DNA from: Lama glama
Lineage: Eukaryota
Length of the DNA stretch: 64,000 bases
NCBI GenBank assembly: GCA_028534125.1
Contig: CM052838.1
Span: forward strand, 52,204,001 to 52,268,000
Reading direction: 5' to 3'
Shown here: one piece after another, positions 61,461-64,000 of the stretch
Position numbering within the stretch: position 1 is the first letter of the stretch
Layout: the number at the start of each line of letters is the position of its first letter
The notes under the pieces: model-generated
Database searches by the model: none
The model's input: the letters and a program-made list of their open reading frames with translations, nothing else
What the model was told of the DNA's origin: nothing
Translations under genes and position numbers: made by a program

Positions 61461-63589
61461 TCTCTACAAAGAAGAGTGTTTATTAAGGAGAGTCCCTTTC
61501 ACTCACCAGATTTTATAGGGAGTTGCACTCATTCCTTTAGAAATATGCTAAGCTTCCCAGGCGTAGAGGGCGGATACTTGCCGATAAGACATAGAACGTT
61601 CTTTGGACTTGGCTGTTCCCCCGATTTTCTCAGACACAGTACAGTTTCACGTTGTAACCATTATTTCATGGATCTTGCAGCCAATAAAATAATCACGGAG
61701 AGATGATTCCATCTCGGTTCTTAAGTCAGTAAAGCCTTTGTGCCCTGAGAGATGGAGGGAAACGCACTGCAAGTTTAATTTTGAGTGACATTGGATGAGA
61801 ACCTGGTTCTGGGCTTGGACCGGACTTCCCTAGCTGTCCTTTCATCACACATCCAGAAAGCCAGTCACAAGTTTCTCCGGCTCATCTGCACAATCTCGAT
61901 CCTGCCTTGAACATTTTATTTCTAATTCCCCTGCTGGCCTCAGTGAAAGTTCCCGGCAGAGATTGATTGCAGGGCATGACCCAAATTTGTAACTGGCCAC
62001 AAAACGCTGTAAAACAAAGTTCACCGAATACCTTCCAGCTGATTGGAAGTAATTTTCGAAAAAGATCTGGATATATTTTCCCTCTTCTTTTTTTCTTTTT
62101 CCACATAAAGTATCTGAAAAGAAGGGCTTTTTGCCAAACTCTGATTTTTGTAACATCATCTGGAAAGCATGCTACGCAACAAAATGTATTGCCCAGAACT
62201 GCCCGTGGTGGCGGTGGGTCTGCCTAGCTTCGATGTTTCGTTGCTGAGATATCATTCTTAACAGAGAATAAGAGCAGGAAGTAGGGATGGTGGCAAGCGA
62301 GGCCGGAGGCCTGGGTTCTAGAAAGTCTGGGAGGGTTTCTTACTCTCCCTACTAGGCATTTTTTCTCACTTGTAAAATGCAAAAGAGCATTTATCAAGCT
62401 ACACCTATGCAGAACCCTTAAACTCTTTCCTGAAAATGGGAGGAGATGGCTTTCCCAGAGCTGCAAAATAGAATTAATCTACTTGAAAGAAGCTTCTTGA
62501 CCTCAAGCTTTGGCCCACACTGTTCTCTTACACCTTTGACACCTGCTACCTGCTACAAACGCACACCGATCCAAAATGCTAGTGAAAAAATTAAGAAGTG
62601 TGGTCTTGAAGAAAGAACTTCCTTTACCACCCTGTCCCGAATACATATAGTTTAGTCATATCCTTGTCAGCGAACTTGTTCCTGGCTCATGCTATGGAAT
62701 GGAATATATCAGAATATATTTGCTCTAGGATTCAGGAGCATCTGGGCCTGTTGGAGGCTGTGGGCTATTCCCACCTAACGTCTGGTTTTATGAGGAACTG
62801 AGGAGCTGCCTGGTTATAAGCTTGTCCCAAGAAAGAGATACTGAGAGCCATGAGTTGGGCCCAGTGGGCCAGTGCTGGGGATGGGGTAGGATACTCTCAT
62901 TTAGACAGTCTTTTCATTCCATCTTCAAAATTTTATCCTTGTTTTCTGGCACAGGGGTTCTGTGGACGCTAACATAGAAAGGGCACCAAATACCCAAGAC
63001 CTCAGTGGCATTGGTACTACAGGTTCCAGCAAACTTGAGGGAATGGGTCATTGGTGCAGTTGGCTTCACCCCTGCATCAGCAGAATGGGTGCGTACTCTG
63101 GCTGTCTTCAGTGGGCACCGACAGCCTCAAATCAGATTCCATCAGGATCTGAGATAAGCCAGGGCTGGGAACATCAGAATTCACACTGATGCTTCTACAG
63201 GAACCAGCAGTAGGGCCGAGGTGGTAGCCTGGTAGCCAGGCAGCCTTGAAGGGAGAAGGAGCTGACCCACTGGGATGTGGCCTGGGCTGGGGCATAGAGA
63301 GGCGGCTACCCTAGCCTATGGACAAGAGGGAGCCATTGACAGCTTTTGAAAGAGAGACTGTTGGTCACCATTCATCTTCCAGGTGATGCCGTGGTCTGTT
63401 GTAGGCAGGTTAAATGGAGCGCTGGGGAGGCTAGAGGAAAGGAGACCAATTGGGAGACTCAGATCTCTGTTTGCTCCTCTGTGTAATGGGCAGCTTGGAC
63501 TCAGTGATAGTAAAGGTCCCTTCTAGCATAAACTCTCTGAGCTTTCACTCCAGGACAGGCAGAGTCCCTGTGCTCTACATTGCACTTAG

Positions 63590-63880
63590 TTCCTATGGCT
63601 TTCCAATCTCTTGTAATCTCTTAGATGTCCCTTTTCCGTGTTGCTGACTTGTTGAAGAGGTCAGGCCAGAGGTCCTGTGGAATGTCCTACTGCCTGCGTT
63701 TGTCTGGTTGCTTCCTTGTGGTGGTGATTAGCATGTTCCTCTGTCCCATTTCTCTTATCAGCTGGATGTTATAACTAAAGGCTTGATGGATTCAATCACA
63801 CACTTTGGGCTAAGGTACAACATAAGTGATGCTATGTGTTTGACGCTACATCACAATTTCTGGTTGGGCTACCAGATCAT
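63590..63880 (-). mobile_element. Old L1 (L1MC4/5-like) fragment
   Basis: gacttgttgaagaggtcaggcca..gtcctgtggaatgtcc..tttgtctggttgcttccttgtggtg..catgttcctctgtccc..ctaaaggcttgat. Confidence 0.7.
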
Positions 63881-64000
63881 TTGCTTTTCTAAAGACTATT
63901 CCTAGGACCAGAGCACCAGGTGCTACGTGAGGTTTCAAGGGAATGTGTGATTCACTCTGATTCTGTGGACCTAGTGGTTATTAGGGAATACCACTTCTAG

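Noticed and set aside
1-64000. tRNA, snRNA, rRNA, NUMT, processed pseudogene, non-retroviral endogenous viral element, or a novel multi-gene system; also naming the host locus
   Set aside because: I recognised no such sequence by eye and found no exon to anchor a gene name. BLAT to human and cow plus Rfam and tblastn searches would settle this.

Overview
Mammalian (eutherian) genomic DNA with no recognisable protein-coding exon, RNA gene, CRISPR array or prokaryotic feature. It reads as an intergenic or deep-intronic region, with a large share made of ancient interspersed repeats: L1 3' ends, L2, MIR, MaLR/ERVL solo LTRs (MLT1, MLT2, LTR16) and hAT/Tigger MITEs. No Alu, B1/B2, Bov-tA, PRE1, SINEC or ERE SINE is visible. 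The young L1 3' UTRs, an artiodactyl-type Tigger MITE and a MER41-like ERV1 LTR point to a cetartiodactyl, most likely a camelid (inference from recalled consensus sequences). The only ORF with real homology is a decayed L1 ORF2 C-terminus (17201-17497). I found no supportable evidence for a new multi-gene system. The best leads are regulatory or structural: (i) a MER41-like solo LTR with an intact GAS/STAT motif at the position of the known interferon-gamma enhancer motif; (ii) an orphan CpG island (about 14.55-15.32 kb) with several repeat-free, motif-dense blocks that look like developmental enhancers; (iii) a CCAAT-GATA-TATA promoter-like arrangement near 59.3 kb; (iv) an (AT)19 microsatellite enclosed by a new inverted repeat inside an L1. 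Repeat subfamily names come from memory of consensus sequences, not from a search, and boundaries are approximate (about +/-30 bp).
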